From the NCBI GenBank assembly GCA_963665125.2, contig CAXXUK010000002.1, forward strand, positions 704,001 through 768,000: a stretch of 64,000 nt of DNA, in the 5' to 3' direction. The DNA comes from an uncultured Desulfarculus sp. (GTDB lineage Bacteria; Desulfobacterota; Desulfarculia; Desulfarculales; Desulfarculaceae). The number at the start of each line of letters is the position of its first letter. Positions within the stretch are counted from its first letter, which is position 1. Made by a program: the position numbers and the translations under genes. Below are positions 46,362 through 56,772 of the stretch, in pieces. Under the pieces are notes generated by a model that saw only the letters and a program-made list of their open reading frames with translations, did no database searches and had not been told where the DNA came from.

Positions 46362-48284
46362 TTAGTTGCCGCCTTCTTCCTGTTGGCCCCCGCCTTGGGG
46401 GCCCAGGGCGATCATCAATCTGCCGAAGGTCGAACCGGTCCAGCATTCACCCATTCCCAGCATGCGGTCGTTGAGGCTCATATTGGGCCTGGTCAGGTAA
46501 TTGGCCGTGCGCAGATGGAAGATGGGGATGACCGGCGTATAACCCTGGGCCTGCGCCTCCAGGATGACCTGGCGCAGTTGCCGCCGGGCCGATTTGAGCA
46601 TGGGCTCCAATCCGGCTTCGTCCTCCAACTGGACAATGGTGCCGGTTTTGTCCGTCTTGGCGCCCAGGCTGTAGTACTTGGCCACCACCATCGAGGAATG
46701 GGCAAAAGAGGCCACCGAACCGCCCAAAATGGCCACTCCCTTGTAGAAGTCTTTCTTGAAGTCGTTGGCCAGGGCCGTGGAGGCGGCAAAGGTCATGCGG
46801 GCCATCAGAAAATGGCTGTCGTTGCCCATGGCCTTGGCCATGAGATCCTGGGGCAGCATGCGCAACTCTTCGGCGGCCGGATCGATGATGGCCTTGCGGA
46901 TGTAGCCCAGGTTGCCGCCTGCGGCCAGGTGCATGGCAACGGCCCAGTCGGCGATTTTGTGTTGATCCGGCAGGCTGGGTCCCGGAAAACGCAGGCCCAT
47001 GTACAAAAGGTCGTCGATGAAGTGGGTAAGGTTGCGGGCGATGGCCTCGCCCACCGTGGCCTGGGAAAGGGCCTGGACGATCTTGTTTTCGTCCTTGAGC
47101 TTGTCCAGTTCGCCCAAAACCATGCTTGTGTTTACATGTACGCCCACGGCGGCGTTGTAATAGGAAAAGGCCTCGGCCAGGGTGATCATGTCCGTAACCG
47201 AGACGACCCGCTGGCTGGTCAGCTTTTCCCGCAGCTTGTTGAGTTGGTCCTGGGTGATGATGTAACGGTCAAAGACCTTGACCATGCCCTGGAGACCGCC
47301 CCGGCGGTAACCGATGTACAAGTGGCTCAGATAGGCTCCGGTATCGGCTTCCGAGGCGGCGTTGTACATCAGCTGCACCGCCGCGCACAGGGCCCCTCTG
47401 CCCAGGGCCTGCCGGGCCCGCTCATAGTCCCTGTGGGCCAGTTTCCACAGGTTTTCCAACTGGGGATGAAACTGCTTGGGCACTTCCCGGCTGGTGGCCT
47501 CCATCTGGCTGGCGGCCTGCTTGAACTTCTGGCTCCAGCGCTTGTACGAGTGCTCCAGGGCCTCCCTGGTGCGGGTGGGCAAGCGGAACTCCCGGCCGTC
47601 GTCACGCAGGCGGGTCAAGGGCCTGCCGGTCAAGTGCTTGTAGGCCTCGAAGACGTCTGATACGGGGACCACCTCCACGCCGATTTGGCGGCCCCTCTCC
47701 ATTAGATCGACCTCCTTGCCGTTCTTTAGCTTTTCCTTGAGCGAACCGGCCGGAACCAGGACCTTGGTCTTGCCGACGTTCTTAGCACCCTGGAGCTTGT
47801 AATAAACGCCGCCCACCGGTCCGATGGAGCCGTCGGGGTTGATGGTGCCGGTCATGGTCACATCCGAGCGGATGGGGCTTTTTTTCAGCAGGGCCAGCAC
47901 GGCGCTGGTCATCAGGCCGCCGGCGGAGGGACCGTCCATGTCTCCGGCTATGTCAAACGACAACCGCCAGTCCGAAGGGTCTTGGCCGGAGATCAACGCC
48001 GAGACGACCGTGGCCATCCAGCCCGAGGCCCGCCACTGGGGCCCGGCCCCGAAAAACTGGGATTCGAAGAAGCCGACCCGCAACTCCCCACTTTGGGATT
48101 TTTCCATGCGGATCGTCATTTTTTCCGAGCCGCCGGCCGGTCCTTGGGGCGTGTCGAAATAAAACAGGGGCCATACCGTGCGTTGCTCGTCGGCGGTTGC
48201 CATCTGCGGATAACATGCCGTGAATAAAATAAAAATGGATAAGCAATAAACCGCGAGCCCGTTTTTACTCAGCTTGCCGGCCAT
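46362..48284 (-). CDS. Exported Lon-like S16 serine protease lacking an AAA+ domain
   Basis: Signal peptide; DGPSAGG (Ser), MTGTINPDGSIGPVGGVYYK (Lys); long helical C-terminus. Confidence 0.8.
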   Translation of the reverse strand: MAGKLSKNGLAVYCLSIFILFTACYPQMATADEQRTVWPLFYFDTPQGPAGGSEKMTIRMEKSQSGELRVGFFESQFFGAGPQWRASGWMATVVSALISGQDPSDWRLSFDIAGDMDGPSAGGLMTSAVLALLKKSPIRSDVTMTGTINPDGSIGPVGGVYYKLQGAKNVGKTKVLVPAGSLKEKLKNGKEVDLMERGRQIGVEVVPVSDVFEAYKHLTGRPLTRLRDDGREFRLPTRTREALEHSYKRWSQKFKQAASQMEATSREVPKQFHPQLENLWKLAHRDYERARQALGRGALCAAVQLMYNAASEADTGAYLSHLYIGYRRGGLQGMVKVFDRYIITQDQLNKLREKLTSQRVVSVTDMITLAEAFSYYNAAVGVHVNTSMVLGELDKLKDENKIVQALSQATVGEAIARNLTHFIDDLLYMGLRFPGPSLPDQHKIADWAVAMHLAAGGNLGYIRKAIIDPAAEELRMLPQDLMAKAMGNDSHFLMARMTFAASTALANDFKKDFYKGVAILGGSVASFAHSSMVVAKYYSLGAKTDKTGTIVQLEDEAGLEPMLKSARRQLRQVILEAQAQGYTPVIPIFHLRTANYLTRPNMSLNDRMLGMGECWTGSTFGRLMIALGPQGGGQQEEGGN

Positions 48285-48490
48285 TTTTTTTCTCCAGATG
48301 CTGGTTTTATTTGCTTTGAGATTAACACAGCTTTAATTAACGATGAACATATGACACAGTAAGTTACACTCTTTTGGCGTCGTCAATCAATTTGAACACT
48401 GCAACTCGGCCATTGACAAGACAATATGCTACTATGGCATGAGATAAGACAAACGCATAACGGAGCGGCGAAATGACCTTCAATTGTTTC

Positions 48491-49168
48491 ATGAAGAAAT
48501 TGGCTTTGATCTGCCTGTGCGCGGCGTTGATCACCCTGATGGGAACCGCCCAGGCCCAGCAAACCAATCCTTACGGCGGCTACCAACAGCCTCCGGGCAT
48601 GCCGCAATCTCCATACGGACCGTATAGCCAACAGCCGCCCGCTCAAAACCCTAATCAACAGGTCCCCAACCAACAGGTGCCCAATCAACAGGTGCCCAAT
48701 CAGCAGCCGCCCAATCAGCAGCCGCCGAATCAACAGCAGAACACGCAGCCTGGCCTCCAGCTTACCGATGCCTTCGCCCAGTTCCGTATCGGTCTGCCCC
48801 AGGGCGCCCAGCCGGTTACTTCCACCTATATGCTCACTGTTCCCACTTCAGGCCTGCAGGTGCTTGTTAGCGCCACGCTGAATCAGCAAGTCTTCCAATC
48901 CCATGTCCAGGGCATGCCCGCAATGATTCAGCAGCAGGGCGGACGGATCGTCCAGGACAGACAAATCAATTACCAGAATATGCAGTGCAGGTATATCCTG
49001 GCGGAGATGCAAAACCAGGCCATGAACCAGGCGGTGGACATGCACTATTTGCTCATCCCCGGTCCCAACGTATTGTTGCAGATCACTTGTCCGCAGCAGA
49101 GCCGCAACGCGGCCCAGCAGGCCCTGGACATGATGCTGGACAACCTGCAGGTGGCCAAGCCCAGGTAA
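48491..49168 (+). CDS. Exported Gln/Pro-rich hypothetical protein
   Basis: Signal peptide MKKLALI..AQA; PNQQ repeats; globular C-terminal domain. Confidence 0.75.
   Translation: MKKLALICLCAALITLMGTAQAQQTNPYGGYQQPPGMPQSPYGPYSQQPPAQNPNQQVPNQQVPNQQVPNQQPPNQQPPNQQQNTQPGLQLTDAFAQFRIGLPQGAQPVTSTYMLTVPTSGLQVLVSATLNQQVFQSHVQGMPAMIQQQGGRIVQDRQINYQNMQCRYILAEMQNQAMNQAVDMHYLLIPGPNVLLQITCPQQSRNAAQQALDMMLDNLQVAKPR
48650..48739 (+). repeat. 15-bp coding tandem repeat x6 (PNQQ[V/P/Q])
   Basis: CCNAAYCARCAGNNN units. Confidence 0.85.
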
Positions 49169-49208
49169 GGTCCTGATTGGCATATCGGGATAACCGTCGC
49201 CTGGCCCA

Positions 49209-49670
49209 TTGAAAGGAAGCTGTCAATTGCCACGGGTCGCGATTTGGGCCGTAATTCTTTTGGCATCGGCTTCAGTATTGTCCTTGGCCGGCCCCTTGGC
49301 CGCTGAAGACCAGGGATGCCAGTGGTCCGCCCGTTTGCTGACAGAGGAATGTAAAACGCATTGCCGGTCTTTGACCGGCAATGACCTTTTGGTGTGCGAA
49401 GGAGTTTGCTCCAGGGCCGGAGTCAATCTGGCCCAAAACAAGGCCAGGTATGAAAAGCTGCTGAATGAAAAATGCCCTTCTCTGAAGCAGGAGGAGGCGT
49501 GCCAAAGTGTCTTGTGGCTTTTCCGAGCCGATTATATCCCGGAAGGCCCCGGCTATTCCCAGGGGCACAGGGCCGTGCGCGAGGTCTGGAAAGCCGAGAT
49601 CGAGGCCCTGCCCTGCCTGATAAACACATCGACCTGCCGCAAGGATTGCTCGCTTGTAAAGCCCTGGTGA
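49209..49670 (+). CDS. Exported cysteine-rich hypothetical protein
   Basis: Signal-like N-terminus; 10 Cys in the mature part; TTG start uncertain. Confidence 0.55.
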   Translation: MKGSCQLPRVAIWAVILLASASVLSLAGPLAAEDQGCQWSARLLTEECKTHCRSLTGNDLLVCEGVCSRAGVNLAQNKARYEKLLNEKCPSLKQEEACQSVLWLFRADYIPEGPGYSQGHRAVREVWKAEIEALPCLINTSTCRKDCSLVKPW

Positions 49671-49740
49671 ACGCGGCTCCCGAATACAGTTGTGATACAA
49701 TAAAGCGCCCGATGAACAGTGACCCGAACCGTCTCCGGGA

Positions 49741-51378
49741 GTGGCTATGCGCGCTGAAGATATGGATGTGACAAGGCTGTTGGAAAAGGACCCGGCCTCG
49801 GGCTTCCCCATTTTCAACGGATCGCGTTTGATCATACTGGGCATGGGCAGCCTGGGCAGCTACGAGCGAGAGCTGGTCAAATCAATCCCCGAAGAGACGG
49901 TCCATGCCATGTTCGCGGGCTTTGGCTATGAAAACGGCATCGCTTTGGGCATGTCCCTGGCCGAGATGTTCGAATGGGAGTCAACCAGGGATCTGTTCGG
50001 CGCCGGCTGCCTGATGTGCACCAACGCCGGTTTGGCCATTGCCGAAATAGAGGATTTTCACTGGGATGAGGCCAAGGCCCAGTTCCATTTCACAGGCAGG
50101 TGGCTCCAGTCCATGGAGGCCCTGTTATACCTGGAAGACGGCGAGGTGGCCCATGAGCCGGTGTGCTCCATGCTTTCGGGCCTGCTCAGCGGCCTGTCCA
50201 GCGTGATTTTCGGGCGCGAGGTCTGGGTTCAGGAACAGACCTGCCTGGCCCAGGGCAATGAATATTGCACCTTTGAAGGGCGCCCCATTGAAAACTGGGG
50301 TCTTGACCCCGATGAAATCCGCAGCCGCTTCCGGCTGGACAAGCTCGACGTGGGCGTGCAAAAGCTGGGCATGAAGCTGGAGCAGGCCCACAGGGCCCTG
50401 GCCGAACAACAGGCCGAAATCGAGCGTCTGCGCAAACCCGGCGGACACATAAGCGCCGAGGACGCCCATGGCATCATCCACCGCAGCAAGGCCATGTCCC
50501 AGACCCTGGAACTTGCCCGCAAGGTGGCCCCCACCATGAGCACCGTACTGATCCAGGGCGAAAGCGGCGTGGGCAAGGAGGTCATCGCCAGGTTCATCCA
50601 CAACGAATCCGGCCGCCAAGCGCACCGCTTCATGGCCATCAACTGCGCGGCCCTGCCTCCGACATTATTGGAGTCGGAGCTGTTCGGCCACGTCAAGGGA
50701 GCCTTCACCGGGGCCGACAGCAACAAACGCGGGCTGTTTCAGGAGGCGGGCAAGGGCACGGTTTTTTTGGACGAAGTGGGCGAGTTGCCCCTGGAACTCC
50801 AGGCCAAGCTCTTGCGGGCCCTGCAGGAGCGGGAGATTCGGCCGGTGGGCGGCGTCAGCGACATCCCGGTGGAGGCTCGGATCATCGCCGCCAGCAACCG
50901 TGAGCTAAAGGACATGGTCAGCGAGGGCAAGCTGAGGGAAGACCTCTATTACCGCCTGGCCGTGTTTCCCATTCTTATTCCGCCCCTGCGCCAGCGCAAG
51001 CCGGACATTCTGCCCCTGGCCCGCCATTTTCTGGATAAGCTCAACTCAGGGCATGCCGGTTTCTATCCGGCGGCCGTGCGGCTCATGGAAGCCCACCCCT
51101 GGCCGGGCAATGTCCGGGAACTGGAAAACGCCGTTGAATATGCCATGATCCTGGCCGGCACCGACGCCATCCGGCCCGAGCACCTTCCTGCCGACATAGG
51201 CCGGGGAGGAGATCCCGGCGGCAGCAGGCTTGTCGAGGACATGCCCACCCAGGACGAATTGATCCGGCGCTACACCAAGCTCGTCCTGGAGTCCACCGGT
51301 GGCAACCGCAGCCAGGCGGCCCGCATCCTGGGCATTGGCGCCAACACCCTCTGGCGCCGTCTCAAACAGGGGGATTAG
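49741..51378 (+). CDS. Sigma54-dependent activator, XylR/DmpR-type with V4R domain
   Basis: V4R-like PVCSMLSG..EQTCLAQGNEYCTF; GESGVGKE, ESELFGHVKGAFTGA, WPGNVRELEN; C-terminal Fis-type HTH. Confidence 0.92.
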   Translation: MAMRAEDMDVTRLLEKDPASGFPIFNGSRLIILGMGSLGSYERELVKSIPEETVHAMFAGFGYENGIALGMSLAEMFEWESTRDLFGAGCLMCTNAGLAIAEIEDFHWDEAKAQFHFTGRWLQSMEALLYLEDGEVAHEPVCSMLSGLLSGLSSVIFGREVWVQEQTCLAQGNEYCTFEGRPIENWGLDPDEIRSRFRLDKLDVGVQKLGMKLEQAHRALAEQQAEIERLRKPGGHISAEDAHGIIHRSKAMSQTLELARKVAPTMSTVLIQGESGVGKEVIARFIHNESGRQAHRFMAINCAALPPTLLESELFGHVKGAFTGADSNKRGLFQEAGKGTVFLDEVGELPLELQAKLLRALQEREIRPVGGVSDIPVEARIIAASNRELKDMVSEGKLREDLYYRLAVFPILIPPLRQRKPDILPLARHFLDKLNSGHAGFYPAAVRLMEAHPWPGNVRELENAVEYAMILAGTDAIRPEHLPADIGRGGDPGGSRLVEDMPTQDELIRRYTKLVLESTGGNRSQAARILGIGANTLWRRLKQGD

Positions 51379-51835
51379 CCGGGTCGTTGTCCGGCCACGT
51401 TTTTTTCGGGCAAACTCAACGGAAGCTCCAAAACGGACGCAACCGGGACCGGGTATTCCAAAATGGAATCTCGTGGCTGGGATGCCATTCCTCGTGGCCG
51501 GCCGCAATTCGCGCTGATATCAGGCCGATGAAAAAACCAGCATGCCTGGCACGCCGGCTGCAATGAATCACGGCAACCCATCGCAACGGCAGGCAAGGCA
51601 AGACCCTGATTGCGTAAAGGACTGGGGGGACGCTTCTTTGGCCATGACCACTGGCAAGTGGAGCATGCCTCTAGCGTTGATAAACCGATTGATCCGCGCC
51701 GGGCGCCATTGACTCCGCCGGCGGTCAAGCATGCTGCGCCAAGTAAATAACCATGCGAAACCATGGCACATGCCAAGGTAACTCAGGCCAAGGCCGGACG
51801 CTGTCTTGGTTGTGGTGGGCCTCCTTTCTCTCAGG

Positions 51836-51863
51836 CGGCCGCTCGAAAGGGCGGCCGTTTTTT
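51836..51863 (+). terminator. Intrinsic terminator
   Basis: CGGCCGCTC-GAAA-GGGCGGCCG followed by TTTTTT. Confidence 0.7.
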
Positions 51864-52044
51864 ATGAAAGCGGCGATCTGGGGCGCTTGGCTTGATGTTT
51901 TTGCGGTAAGGCGAGGCCTGTCGTCCAAAATGGACTTTATCGTGGATTATTACTCCAGAATGGAATTGCCTATCCCGGGGCTTGCCGGGGCGAGAACTGG
52001 TCAACTTGCGGTTGTGATTGGTTAATCAATCAATATCGTTCGGA

Positions 52045-52060
52045 TGGCACACTAACTGCA
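52045..52060 (+). promoter_or_regulatory. Sigma54 (-24/-12) promoter
   Basis: TGGCAC-ACTAA-CTGCA, correct GG-N10-GC spacing, 64 nt before ATG 52124. Confidence 0.7.
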
Positions 52061-52123
52061 CTTTGGCGGGACACACCCCAGTGAGATGATTCAATTCCAG
52101 AACATGGACAGGAGGACCAGATA

Positions 52124-52426
52124 ATGAAAAATACCCTTACCGCTATCCTGGCAATCGCCGTCCTGGCTTTGATGAGCACCACCGCCTTGGCCGGTTATCC
52201 CCTGAAAGTTTCCGCTTCGCCTTACAATGGTCAGATTGATGCCGCGCAGCCCGTGGGCGAGACCACCTCCGCCGTTGTATCCGACCAGTGGAACGTGCCT
52301 GTGGAGCACAAAGCCGATATCCAAAGCGGCGCCAAGGGTGTTGCAAACGCTGACCAGAGGCCTTACTACGACGCCATGCAAAACGAAGCCGACCATTGGA
52401 ATGTGCCAAAGGAGTTCACCAAGTAG
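52124..52426 (+). CDS. Small exported protein with two D[Q/H]WNVP.E motifs
   Basis: AGGAGG RBS; signal peptide ending ALA; followed by a hairpin. Confidence 0.75.
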   Translation: MKNTLTAILAIAVLALMSTTALAGYPLKVSASPYNGQIDAAQPVGETTSAVVSDQWNVPVEHKADIQSGAKGVANADQRPYYDAMQNEADHWNVPKEFTK

Positions 52427-52464
52427 CTGGGGCATTGTCCGAAAATTAGTGTGAAACTCCGTTT

Positions 52465-52500
52465 AAGGGCGGCCGCCTTCCGGGTGGCCGCCTTGTTGTT
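52465..52500 (+). terminator. Hairpin terminator
   Basis: GGCGGCCGCC..GGTGGCCGCC followed by TTGTTGTT. Confidence 0.55.
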
Positions 52501-52688
52501 GCCAATGGAGGAGGCCGGCCTTTACATTCCCCGACGCGACTGGTAATAAAATGTGTTCGCCCCAGTGCAGCTTGCTATAATTGAAAACTAAAATTCCGCT
52601 CGTTGGTTGCACATGGCCGGGGCGGTGATTATCTTCTTCAACGTTTCCGCTAACCACAAGGCGCGAAAGTGCGTCAAGAGGAAGCCAA

Positions 52689-53006
52689 ATGGCACGAGTT
52701 ACCATTGAAGACTGTCTGGAACGCGTTCCCAACCGTTTCGCCCTGGTTCACATGACCAGCCAGCGTGTCCGGCAACTCCGCGACGGCGCGGAGCCGATGG
52801 TCGAAAGCAAGAACAAGGAAGTCGTCCAGGCCCTGCGCGAGATCGCCTCAGGCGACATTTTCCCCATCAGCAAGCAGGAAGCGGAAGAAAGCCGCGCCAG
52901 GGCAGAAGCCATGGAGCGCGCGCGTCTGGCCCAGGCCAGCATAGCGGCCGCCCAACGCAACGACAGCGTATCTTTTGCTGATGATGAAGAAGACGACGGC
53001 GAATAA
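52689..53006 (+). CDS. rpoZ: RNA polymerase omega subunit
   Basis: [24 protein letters not shown]. Confidence 0.95.
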   Translation: MARVTIEDCLERVPNRFALVHMTSQRVRQLRDGAEPMVESKNKEVVQALREIASGDIFPISKQEAEESRARAEAMERARLAQASIAAAQRNDSVSFADDEEDDGE

Positions 53007-53065
53007 CCCGAGGTTTTGAAGCGGGCGCCCAAGCGGCGCCCCCATGATTGGCCGGGATTCCAGCA

Positions 53066-54199
53066 ATGAAAGAATGCTACTACGAAACCTTGCAGGTAAC
53101 GCGGGAGGCGTCAGGCGACGAGATCAAGACCGCTTACCGCAAAATGGCCATGAAATTCCATCCGGACCGCAATCCCGACAATCCCGAGGCCGAGGATAAA
53201 TTCAAGGCCTGCGCCGAGGCCTACGAGGTGCTCAGCGATCCGGAAAAACGCCAATTGTACGACACCTACGGCCATGACGGGCTCAAACGTTCGGGCTTTA
53301 ACGGTTTTCATGGCGGCGTTGAAGACATATTCAGCGCATTTGGCGACATTTTCGAGAATTTCTTTGGTTTCGGCGGACAAGGCCGCAGGCGTGGCGGGCC
53401 ACAAAGGGGCCATGACCTGCGCTACGATCTGGAATTGACCCTGGAAGAGGCCGCATTGGGCAAGGACGCCGAATTCACCGCCGGGCGCGAAGTGAGTTGC
53501 GAGGCCTGCGGCGGCGCTGGTTCGGCCGACGGCAGCCCGCCGCGCACCTGCCCCACATGCGGCGGGCACGGCCAGGTGATGCGCTCCCAGGGCTTTTTCC
53601 GGGTGGCCACCACCTGCCCCGAATGCCGGGGAACCGGCTCCATAGTCGATGATCCCTGCCCCCAATGCGGCGGTCGGGGCCTGGCCTACCAGGAGAAAAA
53701 ACTCTCGGTCAAAGTGCCGCCGGGCATTGACCACGGCCAGCGCTTGCGCATGCGCGGCGAAGGGGAGGGCGGCCTCCTGGGTGGCGAAGCCGGCGACCTT
53801 TTCGTGCAGGTGCACATCACTCCGCACAAGGTTTTCGAGCGCGACGGCCAGACCCTCTACCGCCAACTAGAGATATCGATGTTCCAAGCCGCCCTGGGCC
53901 GCACGGTCATGGTCGACACACTCATCGACGGGCCCCAGGAACTGAAGATCCCCGCCGGCGCCCAGACCGGCGACTACCTGCGTTTGAAGAACATGGGCCT
54001 GCCCAGCCTGCGCGACGGCCGCCGTGGCGATATGGTCGTGCAGTTGAAGGTGTTGACACCCACCAAGCTGAGCAAACGCCAGAAAGAGCTTCTGGAAGAG
54101 GCCGCGGCCTTGGGCGATAAAAAGGCCGCCGAGGTGCCGGAAACCGAGGACGAGGAGGGAAACGGCCGTAAAAAGCGCAGACTCTTCGGACTGCACTGA
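53066..54199 (+). CDS. dnaJ: Chaperone DnaJ
   Basis: J-domain HPD, G/F region, four CxxCxGxG repeats. Confidence 0.96.
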   Translation: MKECYYETLQVTREASGDEIKTAYRKMAMKFHPDRNPDNPEAEDKFKACAEAYEVLSDPEKRQLYDTYGHDGLKRSGFNGFHGGVEDIFSAFGDIFENFFGFGGQGRRRGGPQRGHDLRYDLELTLEEAALGKDAEFTAGREVSCEACGGAGSADGSPPRTCPTCGGHGQVMRSQGFFRVATTCPECRGTGSIVDDPCPQCGGRGLAYQEKKLSVKVPPGIDHGQRLRMRGEGEGGLLGGEAGDLFVQVHITPHKVFERDGQTLYRQLEISMFQAALGRTVMVDTLIDGPQELKIPAGAQTGDYLRLKNMGLPSLRDGRRGDMVVQLKVLTPTKLSKRQKELLEEAAALGDKKAAEVPETEDEEGNGRKKRRLFGLH

Positions 54200-54222
54200 C
54201 CGGTCGCTTCGAAAGGGGTTGC

Positions 54223-54690
54223 ATGAGTCTGAGCCATTTGGATGAACGAGGCCGGGCCCATATGGTGGATGTCGGCGGCAAGGAGCACACCAGGCGGGTG
54301 GCCCGGGCCGTGGCCAAAATCGATCTGTTGCCCCAAACCCTGGAATTGTTGACTTCCGGCGGCCTGCCCAAGGGCGACGCTCTGGCCGTGGCCAGGGTGG
54401 CGGGAATCATGGCCGCCAAGCGCACGCCGGAATTGATACCGCTTTGCCACCCTTTGCCCATCACATCAGTTACAATTGATATTGAGCTGGGCGAAGACTC
54501 GGCCGTTATCGAGGCAACGGCATCCACCACCGCACAGACCGGTGTGGAGATGGAGGCCATGACCGCCGCGTCGGTGGCCGCCCTGGCCCTGTACGACATG
54601 GTCAAGGGCGTGGACAAGGGCGCCTGCATCTCCCAGATCCGCCTGGAGGAAAAATCGGGCGGCAAAAGCGGCCACTGGATGCGCAAATAA
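54223..54690 (+). CDS. moaC: Cyclic pyranopterin monophosphate synthase
   Basis: [34 protein letters not shown]. Confidence 0.96.
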   Translation: MSLSHLDERGRAHMVDVGGKEHTRRVARAVAKIDLLPQTLELLTSGGLPKGDALAVARVAGIMAAKRTPELIPLCHPLPITSVTIDIELGEDSAVIEATASTTAQTGVEMEAMTAASVAALALYDMVKGVDKGACISQIRLEEKSGGKSGHWMRK

Positions 54691-54775
54691 AGGCCCGATC
54701 TTCTTTACACAACAGCTGTGGCATGTTAAAGTGCCTGCCTATATTTCGCCTGCACCCATATAGTGAGGTGGCCGG

Positions 54776-55138
54776 ATGGATGAAAAGCAACTTCAGTATT
54801 TCAAGGACCTGCTCGAGGAGCGCCTCGGCGAACTGAGGCGTGAAGCCGAAAGCACGGTTTCGGGCATGACTGACGATAAAGTCAATCTGCCGGACCCCAC
54901 CGACCGGGCCGCCTTGGAATCCGACCGCAACTTCCTTTTGCGCATTCGCGACCGTGAGCGCAAGCTCATGAACAAGATCGAGGAAGCCATTCAGCGAATA
55001 GAGGACGGCGAATACGGTATCTGCGAGTCATGCGGCGAAGATATCAGCTTCGAACGCCTGGAGGCCCGTCCCGTCACGACCCTGTGCATCGAGTGCAAAA
55101 AGAAGCAAGAGGCGGGCGAAAAGGTTCGCGGCTCCTAA
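54776..55138 (+). CDS. dksA: RNA polymerase-binding factor DksA
   Basis: PDPTDRA, RDRERKL, CESCG..RLEARP..LCIECK. Confidence 0.95.
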   Translation: MDEKQLQYFKDLLEERLGELRREAESTVSGMTDDKVNLPDPTDRAALESDRNFLLRIRDRERKLMNKIEEAIQRIEDGEYGICESCGEDISFERLEARPVTTLCIECKKKQEAGEKVRGS

Positions 55139-55267
55139 ACAGGGGCCGCAGACCGGCACGATTCCGGACTTCAGCCTTTGCACATCACCGCTTAATTCAA
55201 TATAATTCTGCCAGCGTCCCTAACGGACCGGGCAAGTCAACGCTATCGCTGCAGAGCAGGCTGGTAA

Positions 55268-56665
55268 ATGTTTGAAAAGCGGCTCCGGTTTTTCCGATCC
55301 ATACTGTTTCTGACAGACCTCGGCATTGTCGCCGTCTGCTGGATAGCCGCATATTTCTGGCGGTTTTACATTCCGTTGGTTCCCGTCACCAAGGGCATTC
55401 CCGAACTGACCCTGTATCTGACGCTGTTGTTTTTGGTCCTGGCCGTTTTCGCCGTGGCCTTGCCCGCCTCGGGCCTGTACCGGCGGCCCTGGGCCACCGT
55501 CAGCCAGATGTGGTGGCCGGCCCTGCGCGGCACCACCACCGGCGTTATCTTCGCCATTACCCTGACTTATTTCCTGCGGCCTTATGACTTCAGCCGCCTG
55601 GTCTTCGCCCAGTTTTATTTGCTGGTAGTCGTGTCGCTGCTGGTTGCCCGGCCGCTGGTCCACCTGGTTCTTAAAAAGATATACAGCGAGCGGGTTGGAG
55701 AGGGCGTGCTGATTATCGGCGCCGAGGAATTGGGCCGCCAGGTCGCGGCCAATATCCGCAAGCATCCCGAATTGGGCATGCGCCTGATGGGCTTTTTAAG
55801 CCGCCGGGAGGACATGCTGGGCGGCATGGTAGACGGCCTGCCGGTCATCGGCGGCTACGGCAGTCTCAAGACCATCATCAACGACATGCATCCCCAGGTG
55901 ATCATCATCGCCCTGCCCCTGGAGGCCCACCAGCGAATCCACGAAATACTGGAACAGGTCGACGACGAGATCGTCGACATCAAGATAGTGCCCGACCTGT
56001 ACCGCTTCATGAAGCTGCGGGGCTCGGTGGAGGAGTTCGAGGGCATGCCCATCATCGGTCTGTCCGGCAGCCCCCTGGAGGGCTGGAACCGGGTGGCCAA
56101 ACGCGTGGTGGACATCTTCGGCTCCCTTTTCGGGATCCTGTTTTTCGCCCCCGTGATGCTGATGACGGCCATGGGCGTCAAGCTCAGCAGCCCCGGCCCG
56201 GTTCTCTACCGCCAGGTGCGCATGGGCATGGACGGCCGCACCTTCAACATGCTCAAGTTCCGCTCCATGCCCGTGGACGCCGAGGAGGAATGCGGCCCGG
56301 TCTGGGCCTGCGAGGACGACGCCAGGCCCACCCGCTTCGGCGCCTTTATCCGCAAGTATTCCCTGGACGAGACGCCACAGTTTTTCAATGTCCTGCGGGG
56401 CGAGATGTCACTGGTGGGGCCCCGGCCCGAGCGGCCGGAACTGATCCAGGAATTCCGCAAGAACATCCCGGGCTATATGCTCCGGCACCACACCAAGGCC
56501 GGCATAACCGGCTGGGCCCAGATCAACGGCTGGCGGGGCAACACCTCCCTGGAGCGGCGCATCGAGCACGACCTGTACTACATTGAAAACTGGTCCCTGT
56601 GGTTTGACGTGCGCATCATGCTGGCCACGGCGGGCAAGGTTTTTTCCGACCCCAACGCCTATTGA
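55268..56665 (+). CDS. Undecaprenyl-phosphate glucose phosphotransferase (WcaJ-like)
   Basis: KRVVD, KFRSM, SLDETPQFFNVL.GEMSLVGPRPE, GITGWAQ, DLYYIENWS. Confidence 0.9.
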   Translation: MFEKRLRFFRSILFLTDLGIVAVCWIAAYFWRFYIPLVPVTKGIPELTLYLTLLFLVLAVFAVALPASGLYRRPWATVSQMWWPALRGTTTGVIFAITLTYFLRPYDFSRLVFAQFYLLVVVSLLVARPLVHLVLKKIYSERVGEGVLIIGAEELGRQVAANIRKHPELGMRLMGFLSRREDMLGGMVDGLPVIGGYGSLKTIINDMHPQVIIIALPLEAHQRIHEILEQVDDEIVDIKIVPDLYRFMKLRGSVEEFEGMPIIGLSGSPLEGWNRVAKRVVDIFGSLFGILFFAPVMLMTAMGVKLSSPGPVLYRQVRMGMDGRTFNMLKFRSMPVDAEEECGPVWACEDDARPTRFGAFIRKYSLDETPQFFNVLRGEMSLVGPRPERPELIQEFRKNIPGYMLRHHTKAGITGWAQINGWRGNTSLERRIEHDLYYIENWSLWFDVRIMLATAGKVFSDPNAY

Positions 56666-56772
56666 CAACCAATTGTGCAGACTAGATGTTTTGACTTTTC
56701 GGGTGGTTTGAGGGTATCTTTGCCCAGGCCGCCCAAGAGGCGCGATAGACTGTTATTCAACGAGCGGAATAC

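Noticed and set aside
54719..54736. Sigma54 promoter upstream of dksA (TGGCATGTTAAAGTGC)
   Set aside because: Spacing is GG-N11-GC, not the required N10.
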